Positions 1-13,500 of a stretch of 64,000 bases of DNA are shown piece by piece. The translations under genes were made by a program, and so were the position numbers. The stretch's first letter is position 1. Every line of letters begins with the position of its first letter. This stretch comes from Trichoplax adhaerens (lineage: Eukaryota; Animalia; Placozoa), in contig NW_002060943.1 in assembly GCF_000150275.1 (NCBI RefSeq), positions 4,174,008 to 4,238,007 on the forward strand, in the 5' to 3' direction. The notes beneath the pieces were generated by a model that did not search any database, was not told the origin of the DNA, and worked only from the letters and a program-made list of their open reading frames with translations.

Positions 1-158
1 TGGGTACAAGGCTAGGATTGCAATCAATATTATTATTAAACAGGCACTTGTCATGCCTAGTCTATTATTTAGTCTAACGTACAGTCTAGTACTGCACATT
101 ACTACACTGTCAATCCGAAGTTTCTCACTTCAATGCACTATATATTCAATATATACAG

Positions 159-2336
159 AAACGTCGAGTAACGGAACTCCTGGCAAATAGCATAGATGAA
201 GATGAGGCTCAACTCACAAAGAATGGACGGTATTGTTCTGTTGATGGAAATCTTGATCATTAACTGTTGATTAGCCAGTATAGTGTGCGTCTTACATAAG
301 AATTGGGCAAGAAATGATTAATTGGAAAAATTCTATTTCATCATCTACAATCAATGGTTATACCAGTTTTTGAATGATATGAATTGCAACATACAGCATA
401 TTCAATAATGATACTTTATAATGTGATAGACTGTATATCTTCCAAGTTCATGAGATCTTTTTATTAATACAACATATCAGCTCCAATCTTGCATACAGCT
501 TGAATTACATATACGTATATAGTTATATACTGTACTTCACTCTCTTTCTTTATACAGATATACTATATATTGATATACTCTACCGTATATATACTTTAAG
601 CTCTCATATCTTTAAGTAATACAATAATGATTACTTCTAGCTATTCCAAGTATTCCATTTTTGCATTGCATACACCTAATTTCATGTTAAAATATAAATG
701 ACCGGAATTATAAAAAGTATTAGCAAAATGTAGTAGTGTTTTTATATATCTTAAACAAAAATTAATTTTTATTTGTAGTAATACTACGTATGATAGATGA
801 GCATCCTAAAATATGACTCTGGTGCTATTGGCTCTGAATATCGCATAAGTAATAAATATATATATATAATTTCTTATCATCTAGCTATGTTTGCCTAGTA
901 TGCAGCAAACATCCAGTATTTGATACGATTGAAATGCTCTGTGTGCACAGAAAAGGCAAAAAACATGCTCACTGTAAGTATTGAAATTACGTGATAGTAG
1001 TACTGTATAGGCCAGTATTGTACGCGCGCTTTGTAACTTATTGCTTTCCGTGTCGTCATGATATAAATAATATTTATTTAAACTTCTTATCGATAGGGTC
1101 TGCTAAGCAACTTGATAAGAAAAAAGAGATTTTAGAATTATTAGAAAAGAGGCAGCAGGTGGAACCTGTAAGTATGTAGGGCATCATTAGATTAACGGTA
1201 GATCCCAGTGGTTAACATGCTATACATTAAAGCTTAAACTTTTATTTGAAGAAGAGGATGACGAAAAATGGAATCCTTCAATTTTTCGTGACATTTCATC
1301 ATTATTAATAGAGTTAAGATGATTGAGATTGATAACTTAGTAATATTTGTCGAAGTAATTTACTTATTGTTTAGGTGATTTATAACTCTTGCGTTGAGAT
1401 CTGTCAATTTTCGTAGCCGTTAACTATGTACATTAATAGTATTTCCAGTTCTATCTAAGTGATAGAAATAAAGCTAAATTTCTCGTACTTTAGTAGTTTA
1501 TGGAATATTTTCTAATTAAATCCGTTGATATTTCGCATTAATTGAGGCCAATTACATCAATAATTTTGTATTAGGAAACGCTTGCAACAGCATCTAATGC
1601 TACCTCAGTAGACCCTCTCTTGCGGGATTCTCGGAAAAAAACCATACATGCATTATTGACTGCGACGCCTTATAACCCATGTGTAAAGCCACGAAATGCC
1701 GTAAGCATTTTTCAACCGTTAAAGAGAAAACGTGACGAAAATCCACGGTGTAGTACTGATGAAAGTTCTAAGAACAATGAAGGTACATGTATCTCGAAAA
1801 GTAACGAAAAAAATAAAGAAAAGAAAGTCTACGTATTTCCACCCAAACATACGAAATTAAAAAATGATGGAAACAAGTAAGTTGCCGTTATATCCTTGTA
1901 TTTATTGATTTAGTTAGTCTAGGATCAATATAGTCTATAGAATAATAAATACCGTCATCGTAGAGTATCTTTTCACTAGAGGACTTATATTAATACTTTA
2001 TTATAAAATTAAAATTGATGTACCGATCTAGCCCTAAAGGAGTCAGTCAAATAGTGACCGGTCATACTACTGGTAATCCCCTAACTACAAGATATATTCA
2101 GCTGAGGAGGTAGGCTTTGTTTATATCGTAGTTGACCATGTCAACCCTTATCTATTTACTATCGAGCTTCAAAATTTCTTGATGATATTTTAAGTAAGTA
2201 ATTAATTAATTACTCGTGTAACAGTTTAGGATGGCGCTTGGATGCTAATGGAAATTGGTTCAAAGATGAAAACGTCGAGTTTGAATCAGATGAAGAAGAA
2301 CCCGAGCCATTATTTAATCAGAAAATTGCAAATTGA
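159..2336 (+). CDS. SCNM1: Sodium channel modifier 1 (SCNM1), minor-spliceosome zinc-finger protein; 5'-partial, spliced
   Basis: GT-AG exons at about 159-229, 885-973, 1098-1167, 1575-1876, 2032-2109 and 2224-2336. They translate to KRRVTELLANSIDEDEAQLTKNGR-YVCLVCSKHPVFDTIEMLCVHRKGKKH (matrin-type zinc finger), PLLRDSRKKTIHALLTATPYNPC and the C-terminal GWRLDANGNWFKDENVEFESDEEEP. All match recalled SCNM1 signature motifs. The start exon was not found in the window. Confidence 0.92.
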
Positions 2337-2814
2337 ATCGTGTATTGCAAATTTCGATGATTAGTGATCAAAATTATTTATTATACGAGGATGTGACGTT
2401 ATAAACTCGCGATTAAAGTGCACATCTATTTATTTATGCTATATGCAATTTCATGTCCGACTACCGTGATACAATATTCTTTAAATATTATGATTCTTTA
2501 TTAGACCTGCGTTATGTACAGTACACTGATATGCAAAGATATCAGAGTAAGTATTATGTAGTATAAATTTTTGATTATATTTGTAAATAGTGCTAGAGTG
2601 CACTCTATACTTTGTATATTAAAATTTTACGTCAATAATGTAGTAAATTATAAGTGAGTTAAAATAGATATTATCTTTTAAAAAATACAGAGGTAACAAT
2701 CAATCATTATTAAAATGATCTTATTCTATCCTACATATCAATCGTTATTGTGATAAGGCACGCGTAGTAGGATACATTTCGATATGGAACATTATTTCTC
2801 ATAATTCAGTTGAA

Positions 2815-4893
2815 TTATGGTTTCCATGTAATTACTTTATTAGCTGCTTTTGCGGCTTTGATTACAGCATCGCTGGTGTCAGTTTCTTGAATAAATTGTA
2901 GCTATACAATAAGAGAAAGGCAAGGCATATAGTAATAGAACTGATGTGAGCATTTTATAATAAAATTTTGGCTTTACCTTCTCAATAACTTGCTGAAGTT
3001 CTTGCCTGCCTGATGGTGCTTCAGCAAGAGTTGTTATTGCCTACGTTACATTATCATAATTAGGACCATTAATAGAAAATAAAGTAAATAAGCATATATA
3101 ATATTGACCATTTATTCTATCAATACCTTAATGGCATTTAGCCTAGCTTCGCTGTGAACATCGCTGAGAAGCGAGATCAGAGGGGGAATACTTTTGGATT
3201 CGATTGATTTATATTTACCCTCAGTCGTAATTGTTATGCTAGAAAATTATGGCGAGCGAAAATTTACTGTCTGGCTTCTAGATCGATAGAATTAGGCAAA
3301 GACCAGTGATAAATTTGAATTAAACTTACACCATTAGTGCACCAGCAGCCTTTGCTCTGACTTCAGCATGATCATCTCTTAATAAGATCACTAGAGAAGG
3401 AATTGTATTTTCTTCACATGCCTTCCTTTTACCATCGAGTGGAAAGCTAGAGTATTGTATCAGAATCAAATTAGATGACTTTATAATACATATATATATA
3501 TATAGATACCTTGGCGAGTAACAATTAGTGTTTTATATTATTTCGGTACCTTAAATCCATAATGTCCCTAGCCGCCTTACATCTTATAGATGGGCGATCA
3601 TGACTAAGTAGCATAGTAAAAGCACTCATTGCTGATGCTTCTAAGGCTTGATCTGTATCGATAAACATGCAGGAATGCAAAGTATCCAAAATAACCTCCT
3701 AGATGATGGTAATAAAATAGAATAGGCTCCATCTTATTTAAGAATATACATATGAGTATTAATATATAATAAGTTCAATATAAGTAGTGTATGTATCAGT
3801 ATTAGTTATAGACTAACTCGGATATCATCTTCTTCAATCTTTAGTTTGGATACCAAACTCTCAATTAAGCGAGCATTAATCACACCTTCCGGTCCTGGTG
3901 GTGACTGTGTGCTCATTTGGATTGCTTTATGAGCATTTAATCGAACGTCATAGACTTCATCATCAAACTAATTGTCAATCAAATGAAATGCGCAATGTAG
4001 TTTAAGATATTTAGATTATAATTGGTTTGTTATTATTAATTGTTTCTATATGATTACCAGTTTCGCCAAAGGTATAATGATGTAGTTTTCTAAGAAGGCT
4101 GTGCGACCAACTGCATGACCTATAAAAATATTCGGTTAAAGATACGAATGTTAAACTATAAAGGAAACATCATATAACTTGAACTACTTGTTACTCTCAA
4201 CGTTATCGCTTCAAATAGGAAATCATTAGTTACCTGCCATAATAAACAAAACTTCTGTCGTTTTCATTCGAACAACCGGATTAGTATCGGAAAGTAATCT
4301 TCTAAGGCTAGCAACAATGCCTACATCGGTAGAAATACAAGGAAACGATATTATAAGTCGACAATCTCCTTGTGTCTAATTACATAAGAGTTAGATCTTG
4401 CATGAACTATACTAAACCGAACACGGTAAGCGAAATGAAGGTTACATACTCGTATTTTGATTATAATTATCAATTATGACCGAGTTAAAATGTTTTTACC
4501 GACTCTTAAAGCGGAGCAGATGTGCTCAGCATTATGCATCACATCGCATAAAGCCATTAATGCTCTTTGCCTGGTGATTAAGGTGGCACTGTTAAGTTCA
4601 CGATTCTATTGGATCAAAAAATTCAATCACGTCTTTTTAAAAAATAATTTATACTTGTTTAAAAAACTATCGTAAATTACAATTTTTCATTATCAATAAA
4701 GAAGCTATTATAGACTTTGGCCTAATAAAAATCGGATAGATCTTACTATCCGGTCTATAAGTTATCAACCCTAGTATATAGCATGAAAGTTGTTTCTTAC
4801 CAATTTTGGCAGTGCTCGATCTCCATAAGCTAACGGAGCTTTAGTCGGATCGATATTTGGCGGCAGTTGTGCTGTTATTCTTGTTGTAGCCAT
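2815..4893 (-). CDS. RSPH14: Radial spoke head 14 homolog (RTDR1), armadillo-repeat ciliary protein; 10 coding exons
   Basis: In-frame exons at about 4801-4893, 4500-4605, 4234-4320, 4058-4119, 3818-3967, 3550-3698, 3330-3447, 3127-3238, 2978-3040 and 2815-2902. N-terminus MATTRITAQLPPNIDPTKAPLAYGDRALPKLNRELNSATLITRQRALMALCD and C-terminus KVITWKP* are characteristic of RSPH14. Confidence 0.92.
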
Positions 4894-7514
4894 TTCTATC
4901 TATTAATATAGTTTAATATCGGTAATCAAAGTGGTAAGAAAGCAATTGATATTCTACTTAAATGCTCTGCAATAATTAATGAAGGAATATGAATACAGGA
5001 TATATGGCACAGTGCTATACCCCACTTACAACTTTATTGGCTATTGCCTAGAAGTGTTATACATACGATGTATTGAAGTTAGTTTATTGATATATTAGAT
5101 ACGCTTACATCAAATACAGTACACAATATTCTACGCTATACCAGACATGATTCTTTATCCTATATGATTTGTATAATATACTTTTGGATATAAACATGCG
5201 ACGTTGCTATAGTAACACTTTCAAACTGTTTGTTCTTGAAACCCTCCCTATTGGCGAGATACTCCAAGTACGCCATCACAGCTTTAGAAAAGACTTCAGG
5301 TTCCCAAATAGTGGTTAGAATAACTATACTGTCGTATTGATGCATTGAATAATTATTCAATGTAGATCTATGCGAGCTTACTAAACAAGTAGAATTTGTG
5401 TTTATTTCGATGTCTTACGTCTCTATATTAAGCAATATATTAGACGTATCATTTTTATCCAGAGTAAATGAACTACCCGGGTATGATATAGAGGGCGCTT
5501 GAATGTTGCATATTACCGTATTATTAGCAGCGGCATAGGCAAAATCTACCTGATGATATAAATTTCAATCATAGATGGTTAGGATATACTATTTTACTGA
5601 CTAGCTAGTTTGTTGAAGTTAATTTACAATAACAAGTAGTATCTGAACACTTGAAACGCATGGTAGATGTTACCATTAATTTTCGGTATTACAGCAATAG
5701 AGTCAATAGCAGACATACTATAGCGTACACGTGCATAAATATTAGCTAGTCGCTTATATAACGATTTATTACACGTAAGTTTATGAAGTAGACATGATAT
5801 ATACTATATTCAAGCCCTCAACTTATTCCCTACAATATTTAACTATAGTAGCAACGTGCGTGTGCATTGCTCGTTAAGGCATAAAATAGTATAGACTAAC
5901 GTATAAAGCATATTGACAGTTAGTATTGCTAACTCTAGTACGATTGGAAGTATCATTTTTCCTGGTGATGTCCACAAATATTGTTAGGCCATGAATATTT
6001 TGAATTAAATAAGCAAAGCCAATGTAACTTTTTAATAGCAGTTTCATCATTTTTCGCGATACAATTTTAAAAGCGAGCAAAAGCAAACTCAATCATATTT
6101 TAAATAACAATAAATTGAATATTAAAATGCGAGTACGCACATAGACGCGCGGGTATACTCGTACATAAGTCAATTAATATTAAAGATTTTTTGAACATAA
6201 ATCACTTTTTGGATGCAGATTAAGCCGCAATATCGGCGCTGCATATTATGATGATGAACGTTGCAATTAGTAAACAATTATCTACCAATCGTTATCCTTG
6301 ATAGTAGACGTGTTTCCTTTCATACAGCGCATAACAGTTCTGCCATTGTGTTAACCATGACAAAATCGTGCTATACCCTGTTAGTTCTGAATGCTGTGTG
6401 AATTAGTTTTAAAAGCCATAAACAACAAAGCAGTCCAAGCGAAATACGATAGCACAAAATTTGTAATAATATGCGTTAGTGTCGAAAAGAATTAATATTA
6501 ACATGGTTAGAATAAATCAAACTTTTTCGGGACATAATTAATAATGTTAAACAATTTGCAAGGCCATTGAAATGCGTATTTAGATATAAGGGATTAACTA
6601 TTATTGTCGATTCCTAAGTATGTTAGGGGTATCTTTAATTGCATCACCTTTATATACTTGATACAAGCTTCAGACTAAGACGAGCGATACTAATAATGAC
6701 GGCTTTTTCCATACTTTCGTAACATAAAATTTATAACTTTTAGTACTACATTTAATTGACTAGTGAGCAAGATCGTAAGAGTTTTAGAATGTGAAGTGAC
6801 ATTACAATCAGTTGAGATCAGGAGAAATCAATAAAAGATTGAGCAAATACAAAATTTGGAGATTACGAAATATAAAAATGATGATTGATATAAAAATTGT
6901 CTCCATTTCCTGGTTGTTACTAGGTGTTATTGATCGTTGGTTTTACAAATTTAATAAAATAAGAAATCAGTCTAACAACCAGGTTGAAAGCAAGGCTAAG
7001 TAAAAGAATACTCTAGCAACTGCTAGCTAGTCGAATGCATCTTTTTCTTCTAACGACAATAAGTCGTGACTCCCAATACTTTAATATTCTTTGTATCCTG
7101 TTCGTAAAGGATCCTTGCTGAAGTGATCAGAGTATTTGAATTTGCCTAGCAACCTTAACCGGAAAAATATCTTTTTTCAACTCTGTATCAAGTTAAACTG
7201 TCTAGTGATGGGTTGCGATTAAAAATAATTTTTTTCAGTTGATTGAAGCCAATTTCCTGTGATAAGGCATTGATATTTTATCTGTCGAACATTTGTAATC
7301 CACGACACCGTATCTCTAAAAACTCTTAGATATATGTTTTACTACTTAAAATGATACTACGTTATTACTAACCTATTAAAACTATAAACAAACTGCACTA
7401 AATGCTATTAGTCACAACTACACAGTGATGGCATTAATTCATTAAGATATACGCCTGAAGCCGAGTAAGAGAGCCTATTCCACAAGCAATTTTGAAGGTG
7501 AAATTCCATTTTAT

Positions 7515-10500
7515 CTAGTAATGATACATCTCTCGAGGAAACACCTGGACCGATGGGTAACTTTCGTAGCCGTTGTATATTGGTCCGCCGTCAACACCTG
7601 TCCATGCAGGCGCAGTAACTTTTTGAGGTACGCCAGTACCTTGAGTTGATGATATAGGCACGTAATTGGTGTATGAATTTGCTGCTTCTGGTGCTGCAGG
7701 TCTATTGCCAGACATAGCATAAGCTGAAAAACGGTAGTATTTACCTAAATTTAGTCATTACAGCTAAACAATACTCAATCATGATCAACAAGTAAGAATA
7801 GCATTAGTGGAATTCAATTGTTCGAGATCGAAATAAATGTGGACTGGAGAATTAATTCAACACATAAACATGAATATATAAATTTATATAAGATCTATAG
7901 GGTTCGGTTTGTATAAGATGTGCCGTTGCAATAAGCATTTATTTGCTACTTGGCTAGTTTACGTAGTAGCAGATTGAATTTATTGTCAATAGTTGACTAA
8001 ACTGGATACCGAGACATTTGCTAAAGACTAAGCTTTCATGATAATTGTACAAAGTGACTGACTGTAACATACAATTACTATACTGGAGCGTAGAGCTAAT
8101 TAGCTTGACATGACGCAATGATAACGGTTATAAACTGCGAATCTCTCAATTAAACAATGCATGATAATGGTTTTCGATGTCAGTTCATTAGCATAAGAAA
8201 GGGAACTCCCTCGATCTAGACTCTTTAAACAATCGTCATAGCAGAGTAATATAATCATATTGGTCTAGTGAACGTTCGGAGCGGGCAGAAAAAAACTGTC
8301 GATTATTACGCATGATATATACGTACAAATAGATGAGAAAATTAACGATCCCTAGAACAAATTGGAAGATTGTCGCAAGTCTCTTGGCGCAGAATGATCA
8401 ACAGCCAGTTTATAGGAATGGGTTAACTTTGCATCCACTTCAGGTCGTCAACTTGAAAACAAATTTAAGTGATTTACCCTAGTAACGTTCTAACTAAGAA
8501 GGTGAACAAAGAGACAATGCAAATGGCCGCCATGTTTCATCTTCACACATTCTGCTAAAAGATGTGTGAAGTTATCGGTGAGTAAGCAAAAAATTTACTT
8601 TCTTGTCATTACAGGGATACAAGTTTGTAGGAAAAGCAATCATATCCTATTAAAAAGGCTTAATGTACACAATTTTACTTACATCACTAATATTTACGCA
8701 TTGCAAATTAATTACCGTATCCTATATTCCTGCAGATAATGTAACAGTGATATCACAGTTTCAGGTTACCGTCGTAAGTACGTTTAATCTCACATTTCGT
8801 CCATGATTGTAAAATTTATGCAACGTAGCGTTGGATAATTGACACGCCTAAATTTTGGTAATTTTTTTTAACCCTTAATATCTCATTTCTATCTCGAATA
8901 GAGAGTTAGTCAGCACAAAAAAAATTCTTTTAGACTTGTAATAAACTGTTCTAGTCTTAATACTAAGTGGTAGCTTACAACAGAACTAGGTTGCACTAGT
9001 GTATCTTCTATCAAAGGTTCATCAAAACTTAAAGTACCATACTTGCTTTTTCTAGTGCAGCTAAATCTGACCCTTAGAATGCCCCAAGATACGGTACGCT
9101 AGCGTTGTTTTCTAAACATATCAGGTACAGACTAAATAACCCCCAAAAATGATCAACCGAATTAACATTTTATACAGGGAACAACTATCTTCTTTCCATC
9201 TAGCGAAATGGTCAAACATAGATTTAAAAATACGTACTATGAAAATTAACCGACTTGAAGCGGCGTGATTTATCTAATTCACTATCTCATGTACTTACAG
9301 TATAATTTGTTCGTTAAAGAAAGGTAAATACAATTCAAGTAGGCTACTTGAGTACTATCTGATTACATTTAATGTTATAATATATCCCGCATTGAAGAAT
9401 GTACAATTTTTGATGGTGCACGCTGTAGGGTACAGTAGATTAAATAATTGTACTAGTAATTATAAATTTCCCAAAAGGATTGCTAATACGATTAAAAAAT
9501 GCGAATTTTTACATCCAGGTAGGTATAAATAGCCTCAATGAGTAGTTGCCACCCTAGATTAAGCTCCCGTCATTTTTGAATCGGTGACATCGATGTAGAT
9601 CAAAGTTATGAAGTAAGATCAAATATAAAACAATCGTAGGCATTTACGTATATCCCTAATTGATATCCCAGTAAATTATTAGACATTGGATGTATGAGAA
9701 GACAAATGCCGCTCTACTGTAGATAGAAATAAAGCGAAAAGAGTTTTCGTTTGCTTTTTCAACATACGATTATCATTATAAAGGCCAATTTGTTGAACAG
9801 CCAAGTCAGCGGTAAGCACTTTGGATTCCTCAAGTGTCCGGCAAAATTTTTCGCTTTGCGCAATAAGGACTCCATTAACGAAGATCTATTTAGTATCAAG
9901 TTGATGGAAATCAACGTAGGTCGTTAAAATTTGATATTTTATGGGTGTGGAAAAAATTTACCTTATGGCTAAATAGTTGCACATCGTTTGGACCGTAAAT
10001 TGGAACCAGATGATAAGTTGGGGCTGGAAATTGGTTTTTAGCACAGAACTCTTCTAGTATCTGTTCAATCAAATGGAATAGATTCAAATTTTGTCTACTT
10101 TAATAAGAGGTGCAATAATTAACTTATTTAATATAGCTATGAAGTGAAAGCAAGCAATATTTTTCCTATGCTACACTTATTTAACGGACCTGGACAGGAT
10201 TTTTTATTTGGTGCTTCATATTGGTCATGTTGTTTGTTGCTACAGTTGGCATTTGTTCATAGTGCTAGAGTTGGTATTTCATTCCATTAGAATTAGTAAA
10301 TATAAGAGTGGATATAACGAACGCAAGTTTATTATACAATCATTAATACACGGATGTGAAAGAAAGCGGTACTACTGCTCTCTTCACGAGGCTTTGGTGT
10401 AGCTGGTAGTACTATTTATTTACATCGTGTCATCGCGACAGTACAATATTACTTACACCGTCCTGAGAGTATTTCTTGTTGGTGATAATATTATTTTTGG

Positions 10501-13500
10501 AGTTGGTAGAATAACGTGATGGGTTATTGCGTTGATAATTTGAATTTAGAGCGCCTGCACTTAAACGACCAGCGGCGGTGCGTCCACGGCCACGTCCTCT
10601 TGGTGAACTCGGTTGATTACGATTAGTAATTCTATTTTTAAAAATGCAACTTTGTCATAATAGAGTTGTAGTTCAACGTATCTTTTCTCCACGTTATTGA
10701 CTGTGAAATCTGTGTTGTACATGCAGCAACTCAAGTATTCATTAATATTAGACTAATTTGGTACAAAACTAACCGAACACCAGCAGCATTTAATTGTCCA
10801 TATGGAGGCATTCGTGGAGTATAAGCATTTCCAGGAAAGGGGTTAGGATGATAGTTTTGATATCCTTGGGGATGCATAGAACAGGTGTTGTCTTGATGGT
10901 TCATTTTGGTATTCTTTAGTTGACGATGATGTTCACGATCGACCGGCTTGGCTAATGTCACTTCGACAGTACTACCGTCAATGATTTGGCCTAAATTGTT
11001 TTTAGTAGTTATGATCCATTTCATTATTAATATGCTATACGGATTTATATTACCTATGTATAAGAACAACAGTCCATGGGCAATCCTTTGTGAAATTTAT
11101 CAAACTTAATTACAGAAACTTTCAATGATATGCGCTTGGTTGTTGTAATAAGCATTTTTATCCGATAGTAAAAGATTACATACTCGTATATACAGTCTAT
11201 TTAAACAGATTAAAAAAAAGTAGTTTACTGCTAACATTTGTAACTGATATCTTTCGAATACTTCTGCAGTTTGACTTGACCAAATGGAAGGAAATATTAC
11301 AAAAGTGGTACATTATCTCAACAATTACCGTTTTTTAGGGTGATAGCCATGTGAGCATCTTCTTTACTTGTAAAATGGATGAAGGCATAGTCTCGAATTT
11401 TTTTGACTCTTTCAACACGGGCAATGCTTTGAAAGATTTCTCTTAACGATTCTTCAGTCGTACTTAACAATAAATTTCGAACGTATACGATTTTAACCTA
11501 AAGAGAAGGAATGAAAGAAAGTAGTAAAAAATAGGTTGAAAGAATAGTAACATTGTATTCAGTCTACTTCACCATAATCATTTCAAGTAAAAAGGAATCC
11601 ACTACTAACTGTGATCTATATTTACTAAATGCGACATCAATTGATTCATGTCAGTATCTAGGGAGGTATGCACCAATATAATTTCATATTATTTTATACG
11701 TTGCAGTTTGGTTAGCTGGAAGCACAGGTTTATTTTCAGTCTTAGCGGTGAGGCTGTTGGCAATGAACCAGTTGGTTACGCCGTAGCAGCCAAAGCTGAT
11801 ACATCTGGTAAGGCTTAAAATTGGTTTGAATATCCGTCTATCCAGTTGTGTACTGCTGTTTCATAAATTTATATTTACAAATGATAATGTCTAGGTACCC
11901 AGTTGTAGGCCTTTGATCATTCGTCGGTAGATCATGAGCTATGATCCTGTATAAAAATGATTCTGTTGAAGAGTAGTGTCAATTGTTTGCATCTTTTTTA
12001 TAATATTCGTTCAGTGTGCTATTAAATTGGATATACTCGTATGGCAATGCTTATTTTCGTGTATTACTTCAAGTTTGTACAACACTTTCATGATATATAT
12101 AATTAGTAGCTCTAGTCCTGAAAGGCAATTAGGTTGCTAAGGTAAGTAGTGAAGATATTCGTTCAGTGCGCTACAGCATTCGATACTTGTGATATACGCT
12201 TAGCCTACAGTGGTAACACTTTTCGTAGTAGTTCTAGTCGTAGAAAAGCTATCATTGATGTCTTGATATTGATTACGAATTGAAATCCTTGAAGATAGGA
12301 TCATTGGAAGCGTATGATAGTCTATTCTAAGTTCGATAGAATACTGCCTGGTGATCATTTGAAATTCTAACTGATGGAAAGTGTACAGCACGAGGAATAG
12401 CACTTTTAGTTTACAGTGCTAGCTTCTGATCATTTAGACGGCACCATTTCCCTACAGTTTCTATGATTGCTATATAGACTATATACGAGTCGATGTGTAT
12501 GATTCCATTTCACCACAAGCCATTCCATTCCATTTTTAGAACTCTTCTGTATTACACTAATCCATGCTCTAAATATGACAAGAGTCCATGTTTGGGTTGT
12601 TTTTTTACTCATATTTCATGTCTTCCAATCATTCAAGACAACGAAAACTTACTCTATTTAGTGATAGCAAAGGGTTATCTTGCTGTCTTTTCCTAGTCTT
12701 GACCTATTGGTATAGAGGATATCCAAGTCATTATACGTTGCCCATGTCATAGCCAATATTAAATAGTGCTTTCTCAAGATAGAAAAAGTCATTTTAAGAG
12801 CGTTTTTTTCACTATTAACCTATCTCGTTTATGTTATCGTCTTCTTTCCATATTTATCCATCACCATTTATCATAACTATCTAAATAAAGTAGTTGAACT
12901 CCTCGATCCGATCTGTTCTTGATGAAAACATCTCAAATAAATGAGAGTACTTATCACGTTCTATTGGATTTTTACAGCACCGCACAGATATGCTATAATG
13001 ATAGCCACTTTCCTCATGTCGATAAGTCAAAGCTTGAAATTGGGATTTGGTCTAATAGCAGAATATTATGGCTTTGGCATCCTGTTTTGCTCAAGCATGA
13101 AAGGCTAACTGGGTCGCAGCCAATAATTGTCATAGGTAAGCATGCCTATCCTATAACTGTTTAGTAGAATTTGTTAGCGTTACTGTCATGACTTGTCTCC
13201 TTGCATACCACTACTCTATCCTCCAACTATTCTGATCTTCTTCAATCATGGAAGATGGAATACTTTCATAACTGATCACACTGTATGATAGCATGGACTT
13301 TATAGGTATCTATAAAGTCCATGATGATCGTAACTGGAGTAAACTGGTTATCACTGGTGCTATCTTACAGAATCCAGTCAGCTTTTTTTTCCTACAAACT
13401 CTACCTTGTATATTGTCAGAGTGGTCATGCTTTAATTAAGCAACTTTACTACGGTTGCTGATGGGTTCCATTCTATCGTTGAGGTAGCCATGTTTTTTTC

